Shown here piece after piece: positions 28,717 through 43,697 of a DNA stretch of 64,000 nt. The position numbers and the translations under genes are program-made. Numbering within the stretch: the first letter of the stretch is position 1; each line of letters begins with the position of its first letter. The notes beneath the pieces were generated by a model. That model was not told the DNA's origin and did not search any database. It saw nothing but the letters and a program-made list of their open reading frames with translations. Origin of the DNA: the human T2T-CHM13v2.0 reference genome, Homo sapiens; NCBI RefSeq assembly GCF_009914755.1, contig NC_060930.1. The stretch is one strand, 5' to 3'.

Positions 28717-28832
28717 TTATTTTATTTTATTTTTTATTTTTGGTGTCCTTTGCAACTACTTGGTCCTTCTTCGTGGTTCCTCTTTCCTCTCTAAACTCTC
28801 TAACAGTTTTTCGTTCTTGTTGTCATCCGTAG

Positions 28833-28883
28833 GATTTGCAGAAAGAGCCAACAACTCCTACAGATGATGACAGTTCTCATTCT
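28833..28883 (+). other. Candidate 51-nt cassette exon
   Basis: Branch CTCTAAC at 28798-28804, acceptor tttttcgttcttgttgtcatccgtAG, donor TCT|GTGAGT. Open as DLQKEPTTPTDDDSSHS. Confidence 0.4.
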
Positions 28884-30065
28884 GTGAGTTTATCTGATCC
28901 TTATTTCATTTTATTAATACAACAATGGCAATTTTGGCTGCTTATACTTTTCCATTTGGCTGCTTGCTATAGAGCTAGAGGGACTTCAAAGAGACTCACA
29001 TGAAATATTTTTGTTTTATAAGTAGAAAAGCTGAGGCCTAGAGAAGTTAATTCACTTTTATGAAACTCTCAACTAGTTAATCTAATTAGTTAATCACATT
29101 AGTTAATCTAGTCTATTAACACTTTTCTTAACCTGAAGTTGAAGTTAAAAATATCTTGACAGATCTAATGGTAAAATATAAGATTTGTGAATGTGCCTCT
29201 TAAGCAATGAATGTTTTACAAATGGAAGGAATTATTTTTGTAGCTCAGTACAATCTTCGCAATAGCAGAATTATTCTGAATTCCTGATGCATGTTTTAAC
29301 TATTATTATGAACATGTATCAGACACATTGTTAACAAGAGTTTCTTATTTCAGAAATGATTCCAGTTCAGTAGAGAAGGCACCTACATAAATGAGAGATC
29401 TAAGATTGTTAGATAAGCGCCGTAAGATAAGAAAGCTATGGGTCAGAGGTTTTCTGGTGGAGAGAGTGTTCACTCTTCCGGGAGGTCAGGGGAGACTTCG
29501 CAGAGAGCAGGTCACACCCTCCGACACCTCTCAGTCAACACTGCATCCTTTACTTGAAATGATCTTTTCTCCTCCGTTCTCCGGTGAACACACACAGGAA
29601 ACTATGTCTTTTGGTATTTCGTCAGAATATTTTGTGTGCTGTTGTAGAAGATTTTGTAGGGCTAAGTGGTTTTTGGACAGCCTTATGGATCATGTTTCTT
29701 GTAAAAAATGGAAAACCAGTGGAACATCTTAGGCAGGGAAACGGGTATGTGTCTGTAGTATTGATGCCTTAAGTATATTGAAACATCATTGGTGTATTCC
29801 TGCACAGACCCGGTACATTTGTTCGGACATTTACAGGAAACCTTTCATTACTATTAGGCTTAGGGTTCCAACTTCGTTTTATTCATGATCATGCCTCATC
29901 CTTGTACAATCACGTCCCTAGTGAAGCTATAATAAAAGTAAGATGCCAAGAACTCAGGTATGGAAGAGAAAAAGTTTGTCAAGATTCTGAAAGAAATTAG
30001 GGAAATCACTTAAGTTCTCCAGGCTTGTTAACTCCTCATCTTTCTTCCAAAAATTTTCTTTTGTT

Positions 30066-30490
<425 letters not shown>

Positions 30491-31442
30491 CATAGAGCAT
30501 AAATTCTATATATTTTTTTCTTTCTGGTTAGTCTTTTTGAATGAAGATGGTGTTATAGCAGTTCACACTCTATATCCATGAAGAAGAGTTTACTGGTAAA
30601 CCATGAACTAGCCAGGGCTCATTTCAACCTGAGACAGAGTCAAACCTCTAAGCTTCTTGACTTGGAGTTTATTGTATTTTAGTAGTTTATACCCTGTTTA
30701 TTCAATGGGAATAAAAGTCCGTTTTTAAAGAATAAAATAAACTGAAATAAACTTCAGCCCCAAAACTGCTTTTCTTAAGCACTAAAACAAAAATTTTCCA
30801 TAGGCACAAAAATATTGAGAAACAATGATTTTTCATGTTGGCTCAGAATTGCTTGCATTTGCGTTACTATAATTATGTATCACCCAGAATGGTAGCCCTG
30901 GTTTATTTTGTCATTACTCCATGTGCCTCTGTAGTTTTATACAAGTGGTAGTGGTGACTTGGTTATTGTTCTGAGTTTTATTGCATTTTATATTGTGTGT
31001 TTTGTTTTGTTTTGTTTTGTATTATTCCAAGTTTGTATTGTGGTTCTGTCTTTCTAATTTTATTTTGTCTACTTTATTTGAATTATTCATACTGCATTAT
31101 AACATCAAATGAGTAGAAAATTAATATTCTTCTCCCAAATAATTACAATTTTATACAGCTTAAAGTTGTGAATAATCATACTTAAATCATAGTTTCAATT
31201 TGGTTACTTTAAGACATTTAAGGCTATTCTTCTATTTTCTCTTTAAAATTCAGAAAGTCCAGCAGTATGACTTTGTATGTGTGTGTGTGTGTTCATGGGG
31301 GAGCCCTTTAGATATTAATTTAGATATTAAGTAATTCATCCAACCTGTGAGTTTGCAGAACCAGGACTAGAACTCAGATCTTTTGAGTCCTAACGCATCT
31401 TTCTATCTTTCCTCTACTATTCAGCCCTTCACATAATTAATA

Positions 31443-32072
<630 letters not shown>

Positions 32073-32123
32073 TATACCCAGTCAATTGCCTTGGTCTGTG
32101 AAAGTTAAGTAAAATAATTTTAG

Positions 32124-32174
32124 GTTGTCAAATCTAGTCCACCATGAACATTGCAAAGGCACAGATCAGGGCAG
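32124..32174 (+). other. Candidate 51-nt exon
   Basis: Weak acceptor ttttAG and consensus donor CAG|GTGAGT. Contains Kozak-like CCACCATGA. Confidence 0.25.
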
Positions 32175-32682
32175 GTGAGTAACATTAACCATTCTATAGT
32201 TATAAGGTGGGTATTTGTGCCTGCTTGGGCATCAAGGTATAAATCACAAAATTTATAATAACATAACTTATCAACAAATATTTTCAAATTATAACACACT
32301 TTATTGGGTCAGAATACTTTTTGGATAATTTATAGGGTTGGTTTGTCCACACTACTTCTCTTATAAATCAGCTATAAGAATGAAGCTCACTTTCTTTAGA
32401 TCACACAACAATGGAGACAGAAGTGTCTGAGAATGTTCATTTCTTTCACTCACTTGAACTATGATAGTACAAAACTTTTCCAAGTAGATGGATAATTACC
32501 CTATATTTAAGACTCCATAATTTTGTAAAATAACCTTTTAATTTGATCCCAGTAGATGGATATTTAATTAACCTCATACAAAGATCAGGAAGATATAATT
32601 TTTGCATTTTTACAGTTTAAAATCTGAAGAAATAATATGATCAATACTTTTGATTATTATAGGCATATTATGATACTGGTCA

Positions 32683-33570
<888 letters not shown>

Positions 33571-34652
33571 GAAAAGATCTCTTTACATCTAAACTAAATG
33601 CTTCATACCTCAGCTTAAACCACTGGACAAATAAAGGATTTAACACCTGATCCTTTGTTTTTCATGGGGCCTATGTGATTTTTGTGTGTGTGTGTGCTGC
33701 CTTTTGCTTACAGTCTATATTAAAATAATTAGGCTTATCTTGCAATTGAAGCAATATTATAGTTTCCTGAGTTGGAAAATAGTGACAATAACAATAATAA
33801 TATGAGCAACAATCACAACAACCACCGTCACAACAAACCCAGCAAGAACAGTGATTTTGCAGCCTTCTGTTGTTCACGACTGCACGAAACTATACTCATT
33901 ATATTGCTTTCCACTCTTTGACTCCATGCCAAACTTCAGCCTGCTTAGGGTCAGAGCTTGCTGGGAGTGTGCCGCCTGCTACATTGTGTGTGCTGTACTG
34001 GGATCAAAGCATTCTTTCTCGTTCCTCATCTACCTCTTCTCCCTACTGCTTGTCTGCCTTCTCCTGCAGGGGGTCAGACTGGCCACATTTGCACGTCTCA
34101 GTGCATAGCCCTTTTATACAAAGTTTTCTTTGTTAATCAGGAGAAGTGAATGCAAATCCTCTCTCTGTACAATGAACTGCTTTGAGAAGAAGGTGTGACA
34201 GTGATATAATGACCTGGTGAATTTTCAGACAAGGAGGATCAAAATTTCTTGATTTATTTTCTAAAGATTAATATTTGAGAGATGTGTGTGTGTGTGTGTC
34301 CACATTCTTCCTCTGGAAGACAATGTCATTATGCAATAGAGTTCTTGAATTCTCTCCTTTTCCATGTTTATATCTGAATTATCCTTTATACTTGGGTGTC
34401 AGAGCAAGATTTTGTTGTTGCTGAAACCGCAGGATATGCAATCTGTGTGTCTTCGGCTGGTTAATGAGCTTTAATACCTAACCTTAGCGGGTCACTCTCA
34501 CAGTCCCTGGTAGGGCCTAGAGGGGTACACGGGGCTACCTCCCCCTTATTAGCCATGAAGCCAGAGTAGACTGAAACATAAGCACTACCTTCCATCATGT
34601 TTCTCTGTAAGATATTAATAAAAACACAGTGGCTGCTCATTCTGCCTTTCAG

Positions 34653-34718
34653 TTTTACTTGTCATTACTTCTTGCACCAATCAAGCAAACAGTTGGTAAT
34701 CATTTAATGGAAGTTCAG
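34653..34718 (+). other. Candidate 66-nt exon
   Basis: Acceptor cattctgcctttcAG and consensus donor CAG|GTAAGT. Phase 0 is open (FYLSLLLAPIKQTVGNHLMEVQ). Confidence 0.35.
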
Positions 34719-36239
34719 GTAAGTTACAAGGTGGTCTTTTGAACAGCCTGGCAGTCTTTGGCTATGGATTATACTTGAAGATCTTGGATGACACCCTAGG
34801 TAGTTATTAAATGTTAAAAAACAGACACAAAATGAAGAGGTCTGTGTTATGTTTTACTTAATTTCTTTTTTTGTTAGCATAGTAGAATCAAAAAGATGGT
34901 CGCTTCATTTGACCTTCTCTCCATGGGAATAGTAACTATAATGGGTTTAATTAACTATGTGGCATTGATGTAATTAGTTATCCTGGTGATTATACTTCTT
35001 TAATAAAAGCACTTCATTTGAGATGCATTGGTGTTCTGCAATGGCCGAGCCCTACACCTATATTTCATAACTGTCTAGACAGGGCAACTGTGTGCATATT
35101 TTACCAACAGCCCTTGAGAGAGGTTATCTTGCATGTCTTAAGGTAATTGGGAACTAATGATTTTGCCCCCTGGTTTCAGGCTCTTGCAGCAGAGAGCAGA
35201 GACGCTGTGGGGGAGGGGTGGCCGCTCATTTTGTGTACACTAAAAGGGCGGGGGAAGGGCTGTGTTTTGGAAACCATATGCTCTTAGGAACTGTTTCTCT
35301 TTAAGCTAGCAGTCAGAGAGACAGTATCACCAGAGGGAATTGGGGGTGTTTAATCTATGGGTGGACTGCATAAATACATTTCAATAAATGTACACAGTGT
35401 ATAGGGACATATGCTCATATTAATAGGAATCCTGAGTGTACACATGTCTATTAAGAAACATGCAGTACATTTCGGTATTAAAAGTAGATCACTGCTTAGA
35501 TTTGGTCAGCAGGTGACTGGCAATGTCCCTTTCACACGGCTCAGTAGACAATGAAGTCAGGCTGTATGGAAAAAAATAGGGCAAATATAAAAGAAGAAAC
35601 ATATAATGCAAAAATTACCATATGAAAATGTCAATAATAGTATCACAAGAAGCCCCAAAGAAGAGAACAAAAGCAAAAAGATTATCTAGCTGTGCCCAGC
35701 CCCATCCACAGCAAACATGGTGTCTGAACCCCCTTAGTTTTCTCAATATTCAAACTTGGGTAATGGAAGGGGAGGGGGCAAGGATGGGCATGGGAACAGA
35801 ATGGTGTGGACAGAAAGGGGATTTTAAAAACCTAGCTGAAGTAGATGCAGCTGAGAAATAATAGGCTCTGCAGATGATCTTTTTTGCCGGTAGAAGTACT
35901 ATTTCTTTTCCAGTCTGCTTTCTTTGACTCTCCTTCTTTTTTCAAAGAAATGCTTTCCCTGTCACCTCTTCCAGCAGCTCTTTATCCTGCAGAACTGTGT
36001 ATCCTCCCATCCGCGTCTCTCCTGCTTTCTCCCTGTCTGGAGACACACACTGAAATCACTGCAGGCATTTGACTGCTTCATGCAGCATGGCAAGGAACAC
36101 TGTGGGTCATTCTAACAGCCAAACCCATAAACAAGCACCACTGAAAAACCAAACAAATGTAGAAGAAGTGCCTCAGTGGAGGTACCTGCCAACAAGACTT
36201 GTTCCTTTGCCACGAGGGATGCTCCAGCAAAAGCCTCCA

Positions 36240-36930
36240 TCCCTCATTAAATCAATAAAATCAAATGTCCTTTATTTTAATCCTCTGCACTGTAATCCAG
36301 TAGCAAGGAGAGGGGCCCAGGCTTTTCATCTCATTGTTTCAAAACAGATCGTTTGGTAGGAATTGACAAAAGGTTCATTCCTTTACCTTTGTGGAAATGT
36401 CAGTAAAAAGGCAGGTGCTGGGCATTCGGACTCTTTTGCTTAGTAGAAGAAAAAAAGGGGTGTGTGGGGGGTGGGGGTGGCATTGGGGGTGGGGGGAGGG
36501 ATCTGTGACAGGCTGACTACATGAACCAAAGCTTTCTAAGACATTTTGTTTAGCTTGATATTGTGCAGCAGTGAGAAGAGAGGTGGAATCTATTGTGTGC
36601 CAGCTGCATGAATCACCGGATTGAAGTCTAACAGCCTCAGATCCTCTTTTATACAGTAGAGGGGAGATTAAAGCAGGGAGCTCATATGTCACAAAATAGA
36701 GGTACAATGTAGTTCTGGCTTGCTTAGTGCACTTAGCCGGCGTTGGATCCAAATTTAGCCAAAGGGAAAGAACGTGCACTGCTATCAGCCAGGGAGGTGA
36801 CAAATGTTGAGCTGTAATATCCAAAATTCCTTTTCGTTTTCCAAAATGTCATCTCTTCTTTGTCAGCTTCATTATGATTGAATCTATGTATAGTCACAGA
36901 CCAACTGGAAACAAACAAAAACACCCAAAC
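36240..36930. promoter_or_regulatory. Putative developmental enhancer (TALE/SOX/FOX/ONECUT motif cluster plus G4)
   Basis: Seven TGACA/TGTCA in 502 bp, AAATCAATAA at 36249, CATTGTT, TGTTTAG and AAACAAACA. No recognisable repeat. Confidence 0.4.
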
Positions 36931-37339
36931 CCTAGATAAATTATTCCACACCTGTGTCTTCCTAAGCTGTGTAATTGATACAGAGCATAGGGAAGTTTTG
37001 TATCTGGGACTGTAAACCTCATTTATCTAATACATGTTTGTCGAGTGCTATGGTTAAGTGCATTCTAGAAGCTGAAAGGGATATACAAGGAATCTAATAT
37101 ATATTCTTCTACTGTCCAAAAGCTGGCAATCTTCTTAAAGAGATAAGATAGACAGACCGAAAGACATAACCATATACACACCCTTTCAGGAACAAAGGCT
37201 GTGGGCCATTTTGGTAAATGACTAAATATGGGAAGATGAAAAGTGCTGTAGAAATCAGAAGAAGTGAACTTTTAGCTGAAACAAACAAACAAAAAAATAG
37301 AATAGAGAGTGTTTGCAGTACTCAGTAGTTTTTGGAATC

Positions 37340-37481
37340 TTACATGCCCTACGTCGTGGAGCACAGTGTATTTATATTTGTATCATTTCCATTTAATAGG
37401 TAAAGAAACTGAAGCCCAGAGAGGTAAGTAACTTTTCCAGAGTCATGCAGTTAATAAGAGGCAGAGCAGGAATTTAAACTT
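37340..37481 (-). mobile_element. MIR
   Basis: ccatttaataggtaaagaaactgaagcccagagaggtaagtaactt.. Confidence 0.8.
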
Positions 37482-37495
37482 ACAACCTATTACTG

Positions 37496-37825
37496 TTTTT
37501 TTGTTTGGTTTTGTTTTTTGTTTTTGTTTTTTTGAGAGAGAGAGAGAGCGTTTCACTCTGTCATCCAAGCTGGAGTGCAGTGGCATGATCTTGGCTCATG
37601 GTGGCCTCAACCTCCTGGGCTCAGGTGATCCTCCTGCCTTAGCCCCCCAAAATAGCTGGAACTAGAGGTATGCACCACCACTCTAGGCTAATTTTTGTAT
37701 TTTTTTGTAGAGATGGGGTCTCGCCATATTGCCCAGGTTGATCTTGAATTCCTGAGCTCAAGCAGTCTGCCCCCCTCAACTTCCCAAAGTGCTGGGATTA
37801 CAGGCGTGAACCACCAAGCCCAGCC
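37496..37825 (-). mobile_element. AluJ
   Basis: ctcctgggctcaggtgatcctcc, tttgtagagatggggtctcgccatattgcccagg, gagctcaagc. Degenerate (GTTTT)n tail. Confidence 0.93.
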
Positions 37826-39869
37826 CCAAACTATAATACAACTCTTAAACTACATCTGCAACTCTCTTGGCAAAAGGCTGAAAGGGAGACTCTGAAGGAG
37901 CAACCAACCTGGCATCTCTCCCCTCCTTACTAAGGGAATTCTCCATCTGTTCTCAGTGAAACTTTCAGGTCCTTATCAAATCAGGAACAAAATGTTATTT
38001 CTACTGATGGCTTGTCTAAGGTCAAATAGATTATTAGTGTAGACATGAGACTACAATTTGTCTTTGAGGCCCAGTCCAGTGTCTTTCTGACAGTTCCCAC
38101 TGCGTTTCTCGCCTTCACGTGGACCTTCACCATTGATTCCTAAGATCTACCAAATCTTTACTGTGTTTTCCATGCCTATCACACCTCTACTATCTGCGTT
38201 TCTTTTTGCTTTATGGAGGACACTTCAACGAAAAGGGAGAGCCATGTAGCCCTGGCCATCTACACCGTCAAGGACTCCAATTACACCTGAGTGGTCACAT
38301 CTGCTTGCTGACTGTGCTAGTCATCTCTTTCTGAGGCTTCCAGGAGCCATTCCAGGCATTCTCTGTTTTCAAGCCCGCAATGCAACTGGTAAATGATCTC
38401 ATATCTTAATGAGAACATCTGGCATGTGATACCTCATCTTCACCTTAATAACAACTTCCAACTCCCATCTCAGCACTCCCTCAGTACCCTGCCCAGAGAG
38501 GTAAGTAACTTGCCCAGAGTCACACAGTTAATAAGAGGCAGGGCAATAATTTAGACTTTGCCAGAAGAGCTGCCCCTCTCTGGCTTTTTTACACTAAATG
38601 GTGGGATCACTGAGGATTGGCTTTGGAGCTTGTGTCCTTTTTTGCCCTCAAGATTTCCCCCACTCTATTTCTGAAGCTCTAGGTCTGTATACCACTGCTA
38701 CAATCCTTATTCAAAACCTGAACTTGGTGAAGACCTGATAAACACAGGATTGTAAAAATCTTTAAAAAGACTCAGTATGTTATTTTTCTCAATACAAGAG
38801 CTTTTAATTTTTTTTTAATAGGAGAAAGAATCCACATGCCAAAGGACACATTTATGATTGTGGGGCATCAGACACCACTGTGAATGACTGAGATATTTGG
38901 GGGGCAATGGTACTCAAAGCACAGGATCTCACAGAGTAGGTCACCTCCTCTGTCAACATATACATGGACAGCCTGCCCCGATGATCACCACAGAGATAAA
39001 TCTTCAACCTGAAGAGCTTTTTCCATTCCTTTTAGCTCAGGAAAGATGTGTTCTCATTTTTATCTGGCACTTTCTCTGGCTTTTTAAAAAATCTCTAGTT
39101 CTCCACTCTACATGAATACCTCCCTTTGCCTTCACTTCAAGGATGCACAGGTTCACAAAACTTGATAATCCTTCATCTGATTCTGGTGCATATTCTAACA
39201 ATTCTGTTTGTTTCCTCTTTTACTGTCCACACTTTGAAGTGCATATTTTAAATACCCTATTTCTCCATCTCTCAATGCCTGCTCATTCCTTAAAAGTTTG
39301 ACTAACTTCAAATCAGCAAAACTTGGGGAAATCTACTAAGTCCTTATTCTTCTTTATGTCTTAAAAATTTAACTCTTTTAACAATCCTATCTTCTAGAAT
39401 AATTATTCTTAATCCTACCAAACCCTCACCCCACTTTAAAACTAATCCTTAGAATGCTGCCCTATCATGTTGAAATAAAATGCATTGGTGATATAATTGT
39501 CCTACTCACACAATTTTAATAACTCAGCATAATGCTTTAACTATATACAAATGGATTAATTTATGATAAAATAATATGCATCAATGCACAGAGTCATCAT
39601 TAATATGATACAAATGCAGATTGATACAAATGTGATTCAAATACCATGAACAGCACTGTTAGAAGAAATGTCAATTATTGGACTTTTAAACAACGTTTGG
39701 TAAGGATTCAAACCAAGCAAACTAAAGAACTACATAGTAGTTGTATTTCTGGAAAATTTGGTATATTTAATAACATGTAAACATATTTGGATTTTTATGA
39801 ATAAGTTAGGTCCTAGACTAAAGTCATTTTAAACAGATATTTCTACATGTATGAATGTCCGTGAGTCAT

Positions 39870-40060
39870 TCAAAAGTTTGTTTTGATGCAAAACAATTCT
39901 TCTACCTGTAGGACTGTCTGATACACTGCAAGATGTCTAGCCTCCTTTCCTACTCCCCCAACACGAAATGTAAAAACATCTTCCAGTATTGCTGTCAACC
40001 AAAAATTTCTAAAATACCTCTTAGTGGGTGGTGGTGAAGTACCTCTTGAAAACTACTATT
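39870..40060 (+). mobile_element. MER117/MER20-like hAT fossil
   Basis: acaattctt..ggactgtc..cactgcaagatgtctagc..gtcaaccaaaaa..ttgaaaactact. Confidence 0.55.
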
Positions 40061-40177
40061 CTGTATTAGCTTATCTTTAGCCCAAGTGGCATTCCTCTGT
40101 TCATTCCTGCATTTCTGATCCATCTTTTTCCTTTGGTGACTTCTTGTCCCCTTTCTCCTAGGTAATTTTAACTGTAG

Positions 40178-40584
<407 letters not shown>

Positions 40585-41505
40585 TACAATTTATCATTTT
40601 TAAGTGTACAAAGCATTGAAGTAAATGCATGCAGCCATTTAACCCTCACCAACCACAGTTACGATGTAGAATACTCCCAACACTTTTGTTTCCTCTGCCT
40701 TTTTCCACTCAATCTCCTCCCCACAAACCTAACCCCTTATAAACCCTTATCATTTATCTGTGTCTAGAGTTTGGCCTGTTCTAGAATTTCATATAAGTGG
40801 AATCATACAGCATTTAGTGTTTTAGGTTTAGCTTTTTAAATTTAGCATAATGTTTTAGATATTTATGCACATCATGAATACAGCAGTAATATGTTTCTGA
40901 GTGGTAATTTGTTTATGAATAGTATTCCATTGTATGAGGTACCAAATTTGTTTATCCATTCACTTGCTGATGGATACCGGAGTATTTGTAGTTTGGCCTA
41001 CAATAAATAAAGATATTCTAAACAACTAAGAAATATATTTTCATTTCTGTTGGGTAACAGTACCCAGGAGAGTTACTCTTGGTATATATAATAAGCATAT
41101 ACTTTATATCATAAGAAATGACTAAAATATTTTCCAAAGTGGATGTGCCATTTTGCATTCACACCAGCAATATCCAATTTTTAGTTATTCTACATCCTCA
41201 CCCACTTTTTAGTCTACTTTAATCATTCTTGTGGGTTCTTAGTGGTATTTCATGATAGCTTTAATCTGCATTTTTCTAATGGCTACTGATGTTGAGCATC
41301 CGTTCATACACATATTTTCAATTTATATGATTTTTTGAGATGTGTCTGTTCAAACTTTTGTCTGTTTTCTAAGTAGATTGTTTCTTTTCTTATTATTTAG
41401 TTGTATAATTTTTAAATATATACTTGATATGTCATTTGTGAGCTACATGTTTTGAAAATATTTTCTCCCAGATGGTGACTTGTCCATTTCTATTTTAATG
41501 ATATC

Positions 41506-43695
41506 TTTTTTTTTTTTAATTTTTAATTTAGGTTCTGGGGTACATGAGCAGGTTTGTTTTATAGGTAAATTGCATATCATGGGGGTTTGGTGTACAATTT
41601 TGTCACCCAGTTAATCAGCATAATACCTGATAGGTAATTTTTTGATCTTCACCCTCCTCCCACCCTTTACGCTATAGGTCCCACTGTCTGTTGTTCCCTT
41701 TTTGTGTCCATGTGTATGTAAGGTTTAGCTCCCACTTATAAGTAAGAACGTGATATTTGGTTTTCTGCTCCTGTGTTAGTTTGCCCAGGATAATGGCCTC
41801 CAATCTATGTTGCTGCAAAGGACATAATCTTATTCTTTTTCATGGCTGTGTAGTATCCCATGGTGTATTTGTACCAAATTTTCTTTATCCAGTCTACCAC
41901 TGATGGGCATCTAGGTTGACTCTATGTCTTTGCTATAGTGAATAGTGCTGTGATGGACATATGCATGTGTATGTTTTTAAGACAGAATTATTTGTATTTC
42001 TTTGGATATACCTAATAATGAGATTTCCAGGTTGAATGATAATTCTGTTTTAAGTTCTTTGAAAAATCAACAAATTGCTTTCCACAATGGCTGAACTGAT
42101 TTACAATTCGCACTAGCAGTGTATAAGTCATCCTTTTTCTCTGCAACTTTGCCAAAATCTATTACTTTTTGACTTTTTAATAAGAGCTATTGCAACTGGT
42201 GTGAGATGGAATCTCATCATGGTTTTGATTTTCAGTTCTCTGATTATTAGTGATGTTGAGCATTTTGTCATATCCTTGTTGGCCACATGTATGTCTTATT
42301 TTGAAAAGTGTATGTTCATGTCCTTTGCTCAGTTTTTAATGGAGTTTTTGTTTTTTTGCTTGTAAATTTGTTTTAGTTCCGTATAGATGCTGGACATCAG
42401 ATCTTTGTGGGATGCATAGTTTTCAAATATTTCCTACCACTCTGTAGATTGTCTGTTTACTCTGGCAATAGTTCCTTCTGCTTTGCAGAAGCTGTTAAGT
42501 TTAATTAGGTCTCTTTTGTCAAATTTTGTTTTTGTTGCAATTGCTCTTGGCATTTTTGTCACAAAATCTTTGCCTAGGCCTAAGTATGGAATAGTATCTC
42601 CTAGGTTGTCTTCCAGGATTTTTATAGTTTTAGGTTTTACATTTAAGTCATTATCCATCTTGAGTTGATTTTTGTATATAGTATAAGAAAGGGGTCCAGT
42701 TTCAATCTTCTGCAACAGGCTAGCCAGTTATCTCAGCACCATTTATTGAATAGGGAGCTTTTCCCCATTGCTTATTTTTGTCAACTTTGTCAAAGATGAG
42801 ATGGTCTTAGATATGTGTCCTTATTTCTGGGCTCTCTATTCTGTTTCATTGGTCCATGTGCCTGTTTTTGTACAGCATCATGCTGTTTTGGTTACTGAAG
42901 CCCTGTAGTGTACTTTGAAGTTGGGTAATGTTATGCCTCCAGCTTTGTTCCTTTTGCTTAAGTTTGCCTTGGCTATTTGGGCCTTTTTTGTTGTTTTTGT
43001 TCCATATGAATTTTTAAATAGTTTTTTTTTCTAGTTCTCTTAATAATGTCATTGGTAGTTTGATAAAAATAGCATTGAATCTGTAGATTGCTTGGGGCAA
43101 TATGGGCATTTTAATGATACTGATTCTTCCTATCCATGGACAAGGAATGTCTTTTCATTTGTTTGTGTCATCTATGATTCCTTTGAGCAGTGTTTTGTAA
43201 TTCTTGTTGTAGAGACATTTCACTTCCCTGGTTAGCTGGATTCCTCGGTATTTTATTCTTTTTGTGGCTATTGTGAAGAGATTGCATTCTTGATTTGGCT
43301 CTTAGCTTGGGTATTCTTGGTGTATAGCAATGCTACCAAGGCTTCACATAGCTCTGTGTGTTAGACTGAAGGCCTTTGTGGAGTGAGTTTATGAGGGGAT
43401 CTCCTGAGCCAAGGGTTGCAATGATCTGTGGGAGAAGCATGGGTTCCTGGTGTTGCACATTCACTAACCACTTCCCTGGGCAGCGGAGGTTCCCCTAGCT
43501 CTGTGTTGCTCCTGGGTGGGCCATTGTCCTGCCTTGCTTTTCTTTGTTCTTCCAGGGTAAAGTTGTTTCCTTAATTAGTCCCAATGTGTGTATCTGGATG
43601 TTTCAGTTGAAGGTGCTGTATTTTATTTGCCCTTCCATTCCTCTCTGTGAGAGCTGTGCACACTAGCTGCTTCTAGTGGGCCATCTTGGCCACCT
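41506..43695 (-). mobile_element. L1PA15-like element, internally deleted (5'UTR joined to distal ORF2)
   Basis: 3'UTR ataggtaaattgcatatcatgggggtttggtgtaca, ORF2 peptide at 42434-42715, 5'UTR terminus at 43339-43695 ending ggccatcttggcc. Confidence 0.85.
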
Positions 43696-43697
43696 AT

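Noticed and set aside
29072-29112. Triple TAGTTAATC tandem; similar micro-duplications near 10209, 19149 and 31309
   Set aside because: Ordinary slippage duplications, mostly inside MIR or AT-rich DNA.
40141-40167. Polypyrimidine-AG|GTAATT, like a recursive splice site
   Set aside because: The donor is weak, it lies in L2-like sequence, and similar AG|GTAA junctions occur near 23486 and 32013, consistent with chance.
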